A stretch of 64,000 nt of DNA from Octopus sinensis (GCF_006345805.1 NC_043000.1:155124001-155188000); one strand, 5' to 3'. Positions 24,065 through 38,914 are shown, numbered from the stretch's first letter. Numbers and translations are program-made. The notes: generated by a model from the letters alone, not told the origin.

Positions 24065-24270
24065 GTATGTATGTATGCGTGTGTTTGTGTGTCTGTGTTT
24101 GTCCTCCCAACATCGCTTGACAAATGTAACTTAGCGGTTCAGCAAAACAGACCGACAGAATAAGTTCTAGGCTTACAAAGAATAAGTCCTGGGGTCGTTT
24201 TGGTCGACTAAAGGCGGTGCACCAGCACGGCCACAGTCAAATGACTGAAACAAGTAAAAGAGTAAAGAGT
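23812..24270 (+). mobile_element. Family A composite SINE
   Basis: Head, CORE-like body, ~110-bp TA/TG tract, 3' module, AAAGAGT tail. Confidence 0.9.
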
Positions 24271-25458
24271 ATAAATCTCTTTCCTCTTTCTGTCCTTATA
24301 GTTGTTTCATTCTCCCACTCTCTCACACGTACGAACACATAAAATATCTATTCATGGGCGCATACTTTTGTGTGTTAATATCCTTATGTGTATTTCCGAA
24401 GCCAATTCGCTCGGTCATGAGGTGTAATGTATCGAATTGATAATATCAGTAAACAATTTAGATACAATTTTTTTTTATTTCAATATTGCCAATACATTTA
24501 ACATATTTCTTACAAATTAAAAAAAGATGATGATCATGTAACGCTGGAAATGTTGAGAGCCTAGCCATTTTGACATTTCGCTCTTACTAAGATAACCCCT
24601 TTAATTTTGTTTAGTATTTAAAAAAATATACCAGCTCGCTAACATATAACATACGGTCGCAATTATATGTACACGTACAAAAAACACGAATGATTAAATA
24701 ATGCTACCCTGGTAGCTTGGTTTGCTTTTTAGATATTATTGTACCACAGCGTAGATTATATTAACCAGTCTAAGAGTAATTTACGAGTGATTTGGTAGTT
24801 ATTTTTAGCATGTTCAGCTACCCGGTAGATGCTCCCTCGTTGGTTGGTCTGCATCACTTGACATCGATAACGTTCGTAACATTATTATTTTGGTGATCAA
24901 TCCACTGAAGATCATTTCATCTTACTCAAACAATTTAGCTCTTTGCTCACTCTTATGTAATTAATTATCATTTAGGGTCAAATACCATAGAACGAAAGGT
25001 TTAATGCCCTTAAACACATCGACACAGTCTTAGTTTCCGTTGTTACATTCCAGTGAGGTGAAGATTTATGTAGTCGCTAGAAATATCAGTTAAAACTCTT
25101 TTAAATCACACCTTACCGTTGGTACAACATAGTAATAATAATAATAATAAAAAAGGTAAGATATTCTCTGCTCGATCAGATTTGACTTGGGTTTAATCTC
25201 TAACAGTCTCAAATATCAATTCAATTATGTAGATTCCAAAAGAAATATAACTTAGCGAGTTTGCCAGAAAAAAATATTCTTATATTATCTATATTAGTTT
25301 CAAACACATATTGTAAAGAAATAAAAATTTCAAAATATAACATTAATCAAATTCTTATATATACACGCACATACATGGTGCAGTAGCTATAATGTCGTCT
25401 AAATCGCATCATTTTAACAGATATATTTACTAAAATTACATAAAAAATATCTTGAATT

Positions 25459-25831
25459 GCAGGAGCGGCTGTATGGTAACTTTGCATACCAACCACATGG
25501 TTCCAGGTTCAGTCCCACTGCGTGGCACCTTGGGCAAGTTTCTTCTACTCTAGCCTTGGGCCGACCAAAGCCTTGTGAGTGTATTAAGCATGAGGAAACT
25601 GAAAGAAGCCCACCATGTATATATATGTGTCTGTGCTTGTTACCCCCACCATCGCTTGAAACCGATGCTGGTGTGTTTACGTCCCCGTAACTTAGCAGTT
25701 CGGCGAAGAATACCGATAGAATAAATACTAGGCTTACAAAGAATGAGTCCTGGGGTCGATTTGTTCGACTAAAGGCAGTGCTTCAGCATGGCCGCAGTCA
25801 AATGACTGAAACAAATAAAAGGGTAAAAGAG
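25459..25831 (+). mobile_element. Family A composite SINE (very short internal tract)
   Basis: Same modules; the internal tract is reduced to about 10 bp. Confidence 0.88.
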
Positions 25832-25846
25832 CACTAATGAGTAAAT

Positions 25847-26545
25847 TTATTCAATAAAATCGCCGTTGGCTTTGGCCACGGCCTCCAGACGACTTCGGAA
25901 TCTTCTGGACGGATTGCTTATTTAAGTGGGTGAATGCTATCATAAGCGTTACCTTCAGTTCATCTTTGGTGTTACAAGGAGTTTTGTCGGTCTACCGCTC
26001 AACTGCACCCCACACATAATAATCAAGGGGTTGCAGTCTGGGGAGTTAGGTGGCCAGATGTTACGGGTGATGTAGTCGCAGAAATTGTCTGACAGCCATG
26101 ACTGGGTTCTCCTGCTTGTGTGGCATGGTGCAGAGTCCTGTTGCCAGACATAGGATCTTCCAGCATCCACCCTCTTGACTACCTCCTCCAGGCATTTGAT
26201 GTAGGCCTCTGTGTTGAGTCTGAGTCCGTTTTGGAAGATGAATAGAGGCATAACATCAGCATCACTAGTGGTCACTCCAAACACCATGATGTTGAGTGGA
26301 TGTTTAATTTTTATCAATCTGGGTACATGTCATCAGATGGACACCCAAACACTATTAAGTGTTCGTATTGGAGCTTGTGGCGTGAATGCAAAGCAGTAAA
26401 GCATGTTTCCAAATTTCTGGCAGAGTGAATTGCGTAATGGTGCTGTTTTCTTACTATACTGTGTACTCGACAAAATCAAAACTAAACGAAGCGCATACAT
26501 GAAATTCAAAATATAAAATTACGACAATTTACCCATCTCACCCCG
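25847..26545 (-). mobile_element. Internally deleted Tc1/mariner DD37D (maT-type) transposon with transposase C-terminal pseudogene
   Basis: WQQDSAPCH...WPPNSPDCNPL(D)YYVWGAVE...ANGDFIE* after restoring one C; there are 37 residues between the QD aspartate and the last D. End sequence TA|CGGGGTGAGATGGGTAAATTGTC at 26545. Confidence 0.85.
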
Positions 26546-26879
26546 TACACACACATACATATATATACCTGCATACATATTATTATTATTATTGTTGTTC
26601 TTATTGTTATTGTTATATATTTCCATATATCGATTATACAGGAACTTCAATAGAAACAAACTTAAATTGAATTATTACTATCTTTTAAACGCATCCTCTC
26701 TCTTCCAGTTATACAATGCGGAGAAGATTGATAGATGAATCAGAAATCCCCTCCACCAAACCAACCAAACCAAACCAAACTAAAACCTAACTTCGTGTAT
26801 AAACTCGGTGTAGCGATATTTGAATATGTATTCACCAAATGATTTTTCTACAGTAGCTCTTCCTTCGGGATATAGAAAG

Positions 26880-27110
26880 TAAAGAGAAATACATCAAAAC
26901 TACCCAATTTGACTGGAGTCTTAATGAACATGCTACTAATTAAAACATCAAGTAGAGTATCCTCCTGAGATGCAGGCACATCGAAAGTGGGGCAAAAAGT
27001 AGCTGAGGAGATTCTCATACTCAAAATCCTCCAAACTATCTAAATGTCAGATCAGAAATAATCACTAAATGTCGTCAATCTGACAAGTACCTTCTGAAAC
27101 ACTCGAAGAT
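26880..27110 (+). mobile_element. Decayed Penelope GIY-YIG C-terminal remnant
   Basis: Broken frames resemble the PLE end motif (..GAK....E..IL...LN.RSE....CRH..K.LL). Confidence 0.45.
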
Positions 27111-27613
27111 CACTTAACGAAATAGATCAATACTTAAGTATTTACCATGATTATTCATTCTCTCTATTTCTCTGTTCTATCTAAATCCACTTAAAGACAT
27201 TCCTGATTTGACTTATAGTCTTTGATATTTTGAAGTTTTTAGCTTTCCATGCTCATTTCCTCACAGCAAAATGGAACAACACAGAGCATCGGGGTCTCAA
27301 TACACTTTATAATAAACGCTTTGATGCCTTCTTTACAACTTTTCGTACTAATTCAAATCTTTCGTTTTCATTCTTCGTTCGTCATATTTAGATCTGTTTA
27401 AAAAATCCCCCCAAACTCCCATCTTTCTACAATTCAGTGTGTCATTTTATCACACAAAACTTTTAAAAGCCGTAACGCTTGGTAAAACACCCATATATGT
27501 CATCAATATTCTTTATGAAATGATTGCATTTTTCTTCTGATAAAAGCATAAGTTGAATGTGAAACTTAAATTTTTGCTGTATTATAACCGATGGTATGTA
27601 TGCTCTCTTCTAT

Positions 27614-27990
27614 ACTCTTACTCTTACTCTTTTACTCTTTTACTTGTTTCAGTCATTTGACTGCGGCCATGCTGGAGCACCGCCTTTAGTTGAGCAACTC
27701 GACCCCGGGACTTATTCTTTGTAAGCCCAGTACTTATTCTATCGGTCTCTTTTGCCAAACCGCTAAGTGACGGGGACATAAATACACCAGCATCGGTTGT
27801 CAAGCAATGCTAGGGGGACAAACACAGAAACCCAAACACACACACACATACATATATATACATATATCCGTTAGGCTTCTTTCAGTTTCCGTCTACCAAA
27901 TCCACTCACAAGGCATTGGTCGGCCCGGGGCTATAGCAGAAGACTCTTGCCCAAGATGCCACGTGGAACCACACAGCCACTCCTGCGCCT
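27614..27990 (-). mobile_element. Family A composite SINE (head partly deleted)
   Basis: Reverse-complement match including an (AAAAGAGT)n-like tail. Confidence 0.9.
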
Positions 27991-28129
27991 ATCTTTAATT
28001 ATTTTAAATATTTTTGATGAAAAAGGAGCTCCAACAAAGATACCAAGCTTCATCATTAGAAGTAGACAGTAAAATCAAATTTACATTTTAAATTCCAGAA
28101 AATTACAGCATATTTTTGTTGTTCTGCTT

Positions 28130-28275
28130 ACACGTTGTAATTGTAATGCGCATGCCAGCTGGTTGACTTTTTTTCCGGTAACCCCAGCTTTTCCAGATTG
28201 TCACTTATACATTTCCCCAAACCAATTACTCCAATTATTATTGGTATAAATGCAAATTTATAATCTGGGTATAGA
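28130..28275 (-). mobile_element. C-terminal remnant of an RLE-type non-LTR retrotransposon
   Basis: LYPDYKFAFIPIIIGVIGLGKCISDNLEKLGL matches the post-RLE LYP.Y....IP..IG..G motif. Confidence 0.6.
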
Positions 28276-30820
28276 GGGGTTTTATGGTTGTATGTATACA
28301 TATGCTTGTGCCCTGGGTATGACTTTAAACTGCATCCGATAGTGGGGCCCTGGTGAGGAGTTCCAGTATTTCGAAGTGTATGGAACCACTTTTTAGCCAC
28401 TATTGATCCTAAGTCTTCTCTGACACGGATTAGTAGCACCTATTAGGGTCCCAGCTAAACAACATATTAAGGCTTGCCTGCCTATGTATGTGAAGCCTGA
28501 ATTCGGTGGACTCTGCTGAAGAAACTTCCATGGTTCAATAGAGTTGAAGGCAGATACAGCAATGTATTGTGAGATGTAGAGAGGAAGATAAGTCAAGTAA
28601 AACATCTTGACCATCCTCTGAACCCGTCTCTATCCCCAGTCATCTTGACCTGGTCTTGCCATTAGATTGAAGATGGTCACTGATGAGAGAGCGAGATTGA
28701 CGGTGCGCAACTATTCTTCACTTTAAACAAGGTCACCACGCAAGGTATCCTTGACGACGACTGATGGTCACTGTTGATCCGACAGATGAACATGGATTAA
28801 TTTTTATGTATGCATATTTGTATGAATGCGTATGTATGTGTGTGTGTATTTTTGTGTACGTGCATGTGTGTTTTGTGTGTGAGTCAGTGTATCGATAAAT
28901 ACCGAAATGCGTAGCCAACACAAATAAATATTGATATATTTCGGGCGAATTTCCTATGGTTATGTCACTATGAAACTAATAATATAAATTAAATTTGAGA
29001 GAATTTAATCCTAAATTACTGGATTCTAGAATGAATAGATTAGAGAAAATCATTGAAAAATTGATGGTGACTGTGTATTGTATTCCTCTAAAATAAGCAT
29101 TCCACGTCTAGAATATACATGAAGTCTGACCCAGCTGGTATTTGCTACTTGACTTCCTTAAACGTGGTATACGCCGCCAACTTTACAAAAGGTAGGTTAA
29201 TTTAGATTTAAAAGGTTATATTTTGAGAGAAATGGATCCAAAATCTGAACCTAAAATATTGCTGTTGAACACATGCATTTAGATATGGAAATTAATGAAT
29301 GTTTAGAATGTAAAAATTAAGTTTCACATTAGTTGAATATTTTTACGCATGCCGTTCAGGAAAAAGGATGGTGAATGACTTCGAAGTGCAGTACCTGTGA
29401 ACTAAATCTTTCTAGTTGAAAGACAATAAAAGTAACAAGCTTCTCATGTAGGAAATAATGCATCTTTCGTCTTCTATTTACTTTGTTAATCTGTAAGATA
29501 CTTAACGCAAACACATATATCGACGAAAAAGTACGTGAAATCTATGTTCAGATGAAGAATAGCTGAAATGCTCTATCTCCATATAGGAATATCAAATTAT
29601 ATTTTGAAGTGTTTCAGACAGAATGAAGAAAATTGAAAGAAACCAGGACGTTATGTAAATATGTCTCTCTCGTTCACTCTTCTTGTCTTTTTCTTACTGC
29701 TTTCACCGTCTCTCTCTCTCCGTTTCTTCTCTTTCTTCCCCTCTCTCTTTCCCTTTATCTATCTCTCGTTCACTCCTTTTGCTTTCTTAAGTATATTTCA
29801 AAGAATTTTATAACGGTATTTGACCCAGAAGACAAAATAAAATGAATAATAATAAAAGAGGTAATTTTAGTCGAAAGAAACCAGACAAACGGAGCAAACA
29901 AAACAACATCTTTACTAACTGCGCAGTTTCCGATGTTAATAGAATTAAATATGGAAAAGTAAGATTTCAGTCGGAATATTCTGAAACTGAAAACTTGGAA
30001 CAACACGTATCTTTATCAGGATTGCTTAAGTAAAAAGTGATGCCACTATCAAAGTTGGTGCGTTTCAAAAGATTATTTTATGAGAGAATGTTTACAATTT
30101 CGACAGACATCCCAGACAAACTTATTACTCATAGGATATTATCCTGCACTTAATAACCTTAGAGATTTAGTAGTTGGAGAGTAATGATAAGGAACAAATT
30201 CGAAAAACTGAAAACAATAAACAAAGCAAAACAAAAACAAATATTTCTTTTCAGAAAAAAAGAAAAGAAAAACTTATTTCAGAGATTGATGAAACGACTC
30301 GTCTATTAAAATAGACAAAAGAAATAGAAGCATTTTCCTAGTAATCAAAAATTTAAAACATGAAAGTATTAAACTAGCAATCAGCAAATATAGCTACCCC
30401 AAAATTTAAACCAACTTAGATAATGATTGGGTCCAGTCGGGAGGATGATACGTAGCATTCTCATTACAACTCCCGTCACAAAATTTGTGCTAAAGTGATA
30501 AGTCTAGTTTCACTGTTTCAAACTATTTTCTAGTGAACAAGAACAAATCCAGATTCTTTAAGTCTTTGAACTTTTGACAAGTTCAGAAATAATGGAAACC
30601 TCTTATGCAGACACGAAATGATACTAATACTGATCGCAAATTTTGACACAAGGACAGCAATTTCGACTCCAGTGCTTGACTGGTACTTAATTATATATGT
30701 GTGTGTGTGTGTGTGTGTCTTTATGAATGAATGTATAATACGCGCAGGCACACTATCTCCCTCAAAACAGGATGTTCAATTAATTGAATCAATCTTACTC
30801 TCTTACAGATATACATTCTA

Positions 30821-31383
30821 ACTAGACTACCCGTGACCCGTTGGGCCACTGACAGTTCAGGTTATAAAACAGTGAAGCTGATTTCAACATTGCATTGAAA
30901 TGAAAGTTAATATCATGAAGATTCAGTCAATTATTTCAATTAATTCGTGTCATCATAGGTCTGGTTACAAGTGCAAAAACAGAACTTCCGGGATAAACTT
31001 GAATTCCAGTAACAGCACTTATTTATGGTATATGTGCACACTTCTACAAAAATGCAAAATGAATTGTTATATAACATAGACATAAAATTAATAGACACAA
31101 TTTCCATAGTATTATATATTCCCTTTTGAGAGTTATCTTACTTTCGGAGTATTTTCCCATTATGCGCCTGGTTGGATATTTATGATGGTGTCCCCAAAAA
31201 GCCACGTACCTCGGGAATCCGTGGCCCGATTTACGCGAAACTTGTTTTATTCCGTTTCTATTCACATTTCAAGGGTCCCTTACTTTCAGAGTATTTTCCC
31301 ATTATGCGCCAGTTTGGCTATATTAAATTACAGACAAGCACGCAAGCAAGCAAGCAATAAGAGAGTTTTAGTAGTATATAGAT
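30821..31383 (+). mobile_element. Non-autonomous Helitron/Helentron-like element
   Basis: 5' ACTAGACTACCCGTGACCCGTTGGGCCAC; internal 32-bp direct repeat (about 31138 and 31280); 3' acagacaagcacgcaagcaagcaagc...tagtatatagat. Confidence 0.55.
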
Positions 31384-32257
31384 AGGTAATCCCATAAGGC
31401 AAGTCGACCACGGTAAAATTTGAACTGATGAATATATATTACGAAACCTGATATAGTTTTAATTAATTAAGTAGTTAATGTGATGGTCTATAAGGTTTCC
31501 ATCATCCATGCAATACGTCAGCCCTTATGAGAATGAAACAGTATAGCACGAAGCGCCAAATTTGATATCAAGGCGAATATATACTTACCATTCTTATCAG
31601 TCAAAATAAAGATAGGTGTTTGAAGTTTGCAGCATATAAAGTAAATCAATATATGCATGTGTGTGTTTGTTTGTGTGCATATGTGTGTGTCTGTGTGTCT
31701 GTGTGTGCTTATGTATAAGAGGGAGGACACTTGCACGGCAGTGGTTGTGCGTTTCTGGTTTCTTTAGAAGTTGCTTTCGCAACATATCTAGCAATTCAGT
31801 GGAATTGGGAGACGGGAATTGTGTGGAAACTAGCCGTTCATGTGTATCTGTATATATCTGTATATATATATATTCGAAAAATGTAGGAATTAGTCTAAAG
31901 ACAGCATCTCTCTGTAATTTCTGTCAACGGTTCTTCGTTTCATTTGTTGTGACAGTATTGCAAAAACACTTGAACGTCATTCTGTTCATTGGGATTCAGG
32001 AATGGGAAGCGGTATTAAATCCTTAAAATGTTTCAGCCCAAAGCTGCGGCCATGCTGGGGCGCCACCAGTATTGTTTACAAATGTAATATATATATATAT
32101 ATATATATATATAGTTTTCCTTTCGACCAGAGTACCTCCAAATGAAAACTGAATTAGATCTGTAAAACTTTCATCTAATAAACAAAGGATGTAACAATTT
32201 ACGTTTTGGAAAGTTGAGTATCCATCCATTCATCCATTCATCCATCCATTAACCCAT

Positions 32258-32377
<120 letters not shown>

Positions 32378-32423
32378 GCACGTTTGTATCTATATAAACA
32401 CGTATGTATGAACAAATGCATAT

Positions 32424-32461
<38 letters not shown>

Positions 32462-32587
32462 TACATACAAACAAGAACTTTCAATACATACTTGCCAAAT
32501 CATGTAAGTATAGATATCAATCCTTGTCACAGAAGCTTATACATATACATACATATATATACGTATATATATATACACACATACATT

Positions 32588-32648
<61 letters not shown>

Positions 32649-33376
32649 TATATATATATGCGCGTGTGTGTGTGTACAACTGAATCCATGCACACGCATA
32701 TATGTGTGCGTGTTTGTGTATATGATGTGCATGCGTGGATTGTTTCTAAATGTCTCGTGATAAATATTGGTATTTGCCTGAAATGAAGGAGTGGGCTAGA
32801 TGACATTCATCATCCGAAACTATTAGCATAACGTAACAACACGAAAACTTGATGCTTCTGGATATACTTCCCCAGTTTAATCGCCCGAAGAAGTGAGTAA
32901 ACGATGATAGCTGCCAGTAGGATCGACTAATTCCCCGCTTAGCAAAACCACTTTACAGAGAAATATTGAAAAACCCATCAATCATATTGCAACAAGTGAA
33001 ATCAAAAATATGTTCTACCGTAAATTCAAATAAAATTTGACTAAAAAAAAATTGCTATTGATAGATCATATCAATAACGTATAAATATTGCTCAAGAGGA
33101 AAGAAAATTGGAATGATTTCGATAAGGTTAAGTAACGAGGCATCGGACAAAGACATGCGCATTCATGTATGCATGTAATTATTCAGTTTATTTCAAGATT
33201 TCTTGCCAATAGAGAAAGAACCGGTTTCTAACCTAGATCCAAGGTTCCATCATGGGTATTTCAACATCAGTAGCAGGGTATTTTTGTGTGTATGTAGGTA
33301 TGTATGTATGTAATTATTCAGCTTATTTAAAGATTTCTTGCCAATAGAGAAAGAACCGGTTTCTAACCTAGATCCA

Positions 33377-33578
33377 GCCGGTCAAGAATTTGGACTTGGA
33401 AATCTCCATTTCCAGCGCCTTCGAGGGCCAGCTCCCAGGGGTGTCGGGCGTCAACGAAGAGCCCTCGACTACAACAAGACGACCAAAGATTTTTTTTTCC
33501 AAGATCTGGGGTCTCCCGCCCCCTAAGCTCTTGTCCATCATCTAATCACCCTTACCCGTCTTGTTGCCTAACAACAAC
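33377..33578 (+). mobile_element. 202-bp retroposed insertion with (AAC)n tail and 12-bp TSD
   Basis: AACCTAGATCCA at 33365-33376 and 33579-33590; second copy on the minus strand at about 41160-41585. Confidence 0.8.
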
Positions 33579-33637
33579 AACCTAGATCCAAGTTTCCTTC
33601 ATGGGAATTTCAACATCAGTAACAGGGTATTTTTGTG

Positions 33638-34210
33638 TGTATGTATGCATGCATATATGTATGTGTGTATGTATGTATGTATGTATGTATGTATGTATGT
33701 ATGTATGTATGTATGTATGTATGCATGTATGCATGTATGTATGTATGTATGTATGTATGTATGTGTGTATGTATGTATGTGTGTATGTATGTGTTTATTA
33801 TGTGTGTATTATGTGTGTATGTATGTATTTATGTATGTGTGTATGTATGTATGTATGTGTGCATGTATGTATGTATGTATGTGTGTATGTATGTATGTGT
33901 GTATGTATGTATGTTTGTATGTATGTATGTATGTATGTATGTATGTATGTATGCATGCATGTATGTATGTATGTATGCATGTATGCATGTATGTATGTAT
34001 GTATGTATGTATGTGTGTATGTATGTATGTATGTATGTGTGTATGTATGTATGTATGTATGCATGTATGTATGTATGTATGTATGTATGTATGTATGTAT
34101 GCATGTATGTATGTATGTATGTATGTATGTATGTGTGTATGTATGTATTTATGTATGTGTGTATGTATGTATGGTTGTATGCATGTATGCATGTATTTGT
34201 GTATGTATGT
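33638..34210. repeat. (TATG)n microsatellite
   Basis: Direct reading. Confidence 0.95.
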
Positions 34211-34875
34211 GTAAATTTGTATGTTTTATGAACGTATTCTCATGCATATAGTTGCTTATCTAGACATGATCATATATATTTAAATGATAAACTTCTAGAA
34301 AGTTTTAGACTTTTACAGTTCCAATGATGGATTGGATCTATGCATGTATGCATGTGTGTGTCGTATGTCTGTCTGTCTGCCTCTATGCATGTATGTATGT
34401 TTGCATGTATGTATGTTTGCATGTATGTATGAGGGCACATTGTCTAGTGGGCAAGGCACTGCATTCACAATCGCGAGATCGTGGTTTCAATTCCTCGACC
34501 GGGTTTCTGGAGTGAAACACTTCACCTTACGTTGCTCGATAATGTTTATATCACTGCTTTTAAATCGTTATTGAATTTAATCTTACATGTGCATCGCCGT
34601 GGTACATCATCGAATAGTTTTTACATTATTTATACATAGTTACGGTGTGGCAGTTCGATTCGTATCAAATACGTGACGTTTAGAAGCCACAAAAACATCG
34701 AAATATCGGTATCCATCGCTCCAGAATTATTCGATCCAAGTCGTCGAGTTGTCTCACCTGTCTATAGCTTTCAGGTCTCTTGACATCCAGCGTTATAACA
34801 GAGTTCTCTCCCAAGCGCTAACCCACAGCGAGTCTGGCGAACAAATAAAACACCAACATTGAGTCTATATGCGAT

Positions 34876-35100
34876 CGAGCTGGCAGAAACGTTAGCACAC
34901 CGGGCGAAATGCGTAGCCGTATTTCGTCTGCCGTTACGTTCTGAGTTCAAATTCCGCTGAGGTCGACTTTGCCTTTCATCCTTTCGGGGTCGATAAATTA
35001 AGTACCAGTTACGCACTGGGGTCGATGTAATCGGCTTGATCCGTTTGTCTATCCTTGTTTATCCTCTCAGTGTTTAGCCCCTTGTGGGTAGTAAAGAAAC
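34876..35100 (+). mobile_element. Family B SINE
   Basis: Near-identical to the 14895 copy. Confidence 0.92.
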
Positions 35101-35280
35101 AGATATTGTTTACACATACACACACACGATATATGTGTGTATATGTGTTTGTTTGTGTGTGTGTGTTTGTGTGTGTGTGTCTGTGTGTGTGTGTGTAAAT
35201 ATAACCTAAATAGAATGATACGTGGAGAATAAATTCACACATATATTATAATAAGCATAAATACTTTACCCCACCTCTAT

Positions 35281-35691
35281 ACTCGCTTTACTCTCTTTTA
35301 CTTGTTTCAGTCATTTGACTGCGGCCATGCTGGAGCACCGCCTTTAGTCGAGCAAATCGACCCCGGGACTTATTCTTTGTAAGCCCAGTACTTATTCTAA
35401 CGGTTTTTTTTTGCCGAACCGCTACGTGAGGGGGACATAAACACACCAGCATCGGTTGTCAAGCAATGCTAGGGGGACAAACACAGACACACAAGCATAC
35501 ACGCACACACTTATATATATATACATATATACGACAGGCTTCTTTCATTTTCCGTCTACCAAATCCACTCACAAGGCTTTGGTCGGCCCGGGGCTATAGC
35601 AGAAGACACTTGCCCAAGATGCCACGCAGTGGGACTGAACCCGGAACCATGTGGTTGGTTAGCAGCTACTTACCACACAGCCACTCCTGCG
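35281..35691 (-). mobile_element. Family A composite SINE
   Basis: Complete reverse-complement copy. Confidence 0.92.
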
Positions 35692-35828
35692 TAGTGAATC
35701 TCTGTATCTGAAGTGTGTATATAAAATGTTGTTCTCTACACACCTCGCCATCAACAGGTTACTAATTGGACTGCATGGAAGCGTTTGTATTTTTACCAGC
35801 GAGTAAGAGAGAAAGAGAAAGAGTGAGA

Positions 35829-35868
<40 letters not shown>

Positions 35869-38366
35869 GAGGAGAAAGTCAGGTGGACATAGATAGACAA
35901 TGATTGAGTGAGAGCCTGAGAAAGAAAAAGGTTAATTTTGTTCGAACTTTCGGCAGGCATCGTTAGTTTCCGGCGATTTAAAAAACTGTGACAATGCCTG
36001 CAGCAGAATAAAAACCATTAACGTTCCCATATTTTTCATTTTATTACTTACTGATGCCAGCGAGGTGCATTTATTTTAATGGTAGATACCTTGTTTTACT
36101 TTTTTCGTGTCATTTCATGGAAGCTTTCGTATATATTTATTCATTACCATTGAGAAATTCGAATATTTGTCTTTTTATTTTCCTGCAGCCTTTCAGCTCT
36201 TGAATGATGAAATACTTTCGTTATTTCTAAGAAATATCTACCCGTGTCAATAGTAATAATAACTGTTTCAAATTTATTTCTTCGGCCTCGAAATAATGGA
36301 ATACAAAGGTGACTATGGCGCGATTTGAACTCACAACATAAAGAGCTGGAGAAAATGCCGCGAAGCGATTTTTCTGATGCATTAACGATTCTGCCAGCTT
36401 CCGCCCTAACAATGATGATGATAAGGAGGAGGAGGATGAGGAAAATTTATTTTTGTCTTGTATGGAGTGTATGCACAAAGTAGGCGAGTTAGAAATTAGA
36501 GGGGAGGGTGAGAGACCAGTTGAAACATAAATATAGTATACTAGATATGTGAATATGCGGATGAAGGCCTAGAACCTCGAAGTGGAGCTAATTAATGAAT
36601 TCTAAAGACCATAATATCACCTTAACACGAGCTCGAGTTCTTGCCGAACTGTTATTCATGAATCTGCAGGCATATATTTAGAATATTCCTATTCACACTG
36701 AAAATATTTGTTATTCCTCTTTCAATAAATTCACTAGTAAGAGAACTTCCCGCTTCACCACACTTTCCTTTAAAAGTGGAACTTGAAACAGTTACTTAGA
36801 ACTTGACTGAACTTTGGCTGTCTTCAATCCTTTAAGAATCAGTGGATCTAGAACTCAATTACCCAACGTGTCCTTCGGGAAAGGCATTATTTTAAAGTTA
36901 TTTGATATTTAATTCCAGTGTCTCCAGTGACCATCTATCGTCCTTTTCACAGCTTCCTTTAATTACATTCAATATTCTTCTCAATTAGAAATGTGACAAA
37001 ATTAATTATGATTCTCTGCGCATTTTCTTATTATTGTAGTCACATCATGGACGACTCGGTGATGGAAAGATCTTATACTTCACTTCAGTTCTCACGAATG
37101 CGTTCTATTAATTTTCTTGTGTGTCTTTTATTAATAGCAGTAAAATCGCGTTAGATAAAAAGCAGATTATTTCTTAAAACCATGATATAAAGACCAGATT
37201 ATTTCTTAAAACCATAATATAAAAGATAAGGGAGTGAGATGTGTCAACTATCCCAACGATCAATGCTTGCACATAACATAACCCAATCAAATTCTTAATG
37301 GTTACGTAGGTAATGTTATATAGAATTATAAATGTTAGGAAAACAAAATGCTTTCCTATTTACTTAGGAAGCATACATATAGATATCAGTTCAGTTATTC
37401 CCTTAGATTCAAACAGACCATGGACAAGATAGAGATTGGTGGAAAATTGATGAAACCAGGATTATTTTGTAGAAATAGTGAAACAGTGACCGTTAAAGCA
37501 AGTTACAGTGGATTCATTAATCACACATGCGTAACTATATCACGTACCTAAGCCCGATAACCACTTTAAAGCTTATCTCTAGCTTACACAACTTTAAGTG
37601 ATTGAGAGACATCTGCCTCTTCTTTCTGAATAGTAACGTTAGCTTATCAACAGTTTCGCTCAAAATAATATTTGAACTCATCTCTGTAAGCTAATGAGAG
37701 CATTCGCTAGTCTGTTAACAGTTAATAACAGATGTATGAGTGAGAGGAAGAGGAAGATAAAAAGTGAAAGAGATGAAGAGACGATGAGAAGGGGGAATTA
37801 AAAGTTACTAATTCTAGAAAGTAACATTATACCGACTCAATGAACTAACCTCTATAACAGCTATCGGGTTATATTTACCAAAATAATTATGTGTTGTTTT
37901 AAAAAACGTATAGAATTAAAATTTCTTTTTCATATCAGGTCACAAGCAAGAACCATATTTCTCTGCTGAAAACCTTAACTCCCCAGTAAAACACCCCAAT
38001 TAGTTGTATATGAGAACGATGGGCATCTATAGCATAACACTTTAAGTAGTGGGTTTGTAATATAACAGTCCCCGGGTAGAATAAGGAGCGCTACAGGGAT
38101 TGGGATCCAATCTTAATCATTACGAATTGCCATGTCCATTAACAAATAGCAGCAGGCAAGTAGGATTATCAAGTAGAATTATTCATATCGTCATATAAAA
38201 GATGATCGGAGTGGATGTGACCTGATGACCCGATAAAATAAGTATCCAAAACACAAATACACGTAGAAACACAAACACTGATATCTAGAAAGTATGTATA
38301 TATATACACACACACACAGAGGCATACGCACACGCGCACACATATCATACATATTTGTATCTATGA

Positions 38367-38412
<46 letters not shown>

Positions 38413-38538
38413 TATATATATATAATATATATATATGTATATATATATGTATGTATATAGATAGATATAGATATATATATATTAAGAAGCGACATTCCAT
38501 TATAATTCGCAGAGAAAACCCAAATGAAATAAACCTCT

Positions 38539-38539
<1 letters not shown>

Positions 38540-38630
<91 letters not shown>

Positions 38631-38641
38631 CCTATCTATCG

Positions 38642-38732
<91 letters not shown>

Positions 38733-38775
38733 CCTATCTACCTATCTATCGATCTATCTATATATCTATATATCT
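38540..38775. repeat. (TATC)n microsatellite
   Basis: Direct reading. Confidence 0.95.
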
Positions 38776-38914
38776 ATCACACACACACACTACCATACCC
38801 CCCCACACACACATGAAGATAAATCTGCTCTATATAAGGAGATATGAGCAGCTGAATAGCCAGAAGCTAAGTCGGCAGAATTTTGCAAGTTATGCAACAC
38901 TGATGGATGGATTT

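Noticed and set aside
32778-32830. CTGAAATGA...CATCC-GAAA-CTA-T-TAG hammerhead-like string
   Set aside because: Core spacing wrong, U16.1 missing and no helix I; too degenerate to call.
37348-37551. 67-aa plus-strand ORF with possible splice sites
   Set aside because: Weak sites, no recognisable homology, length within chance expectation.
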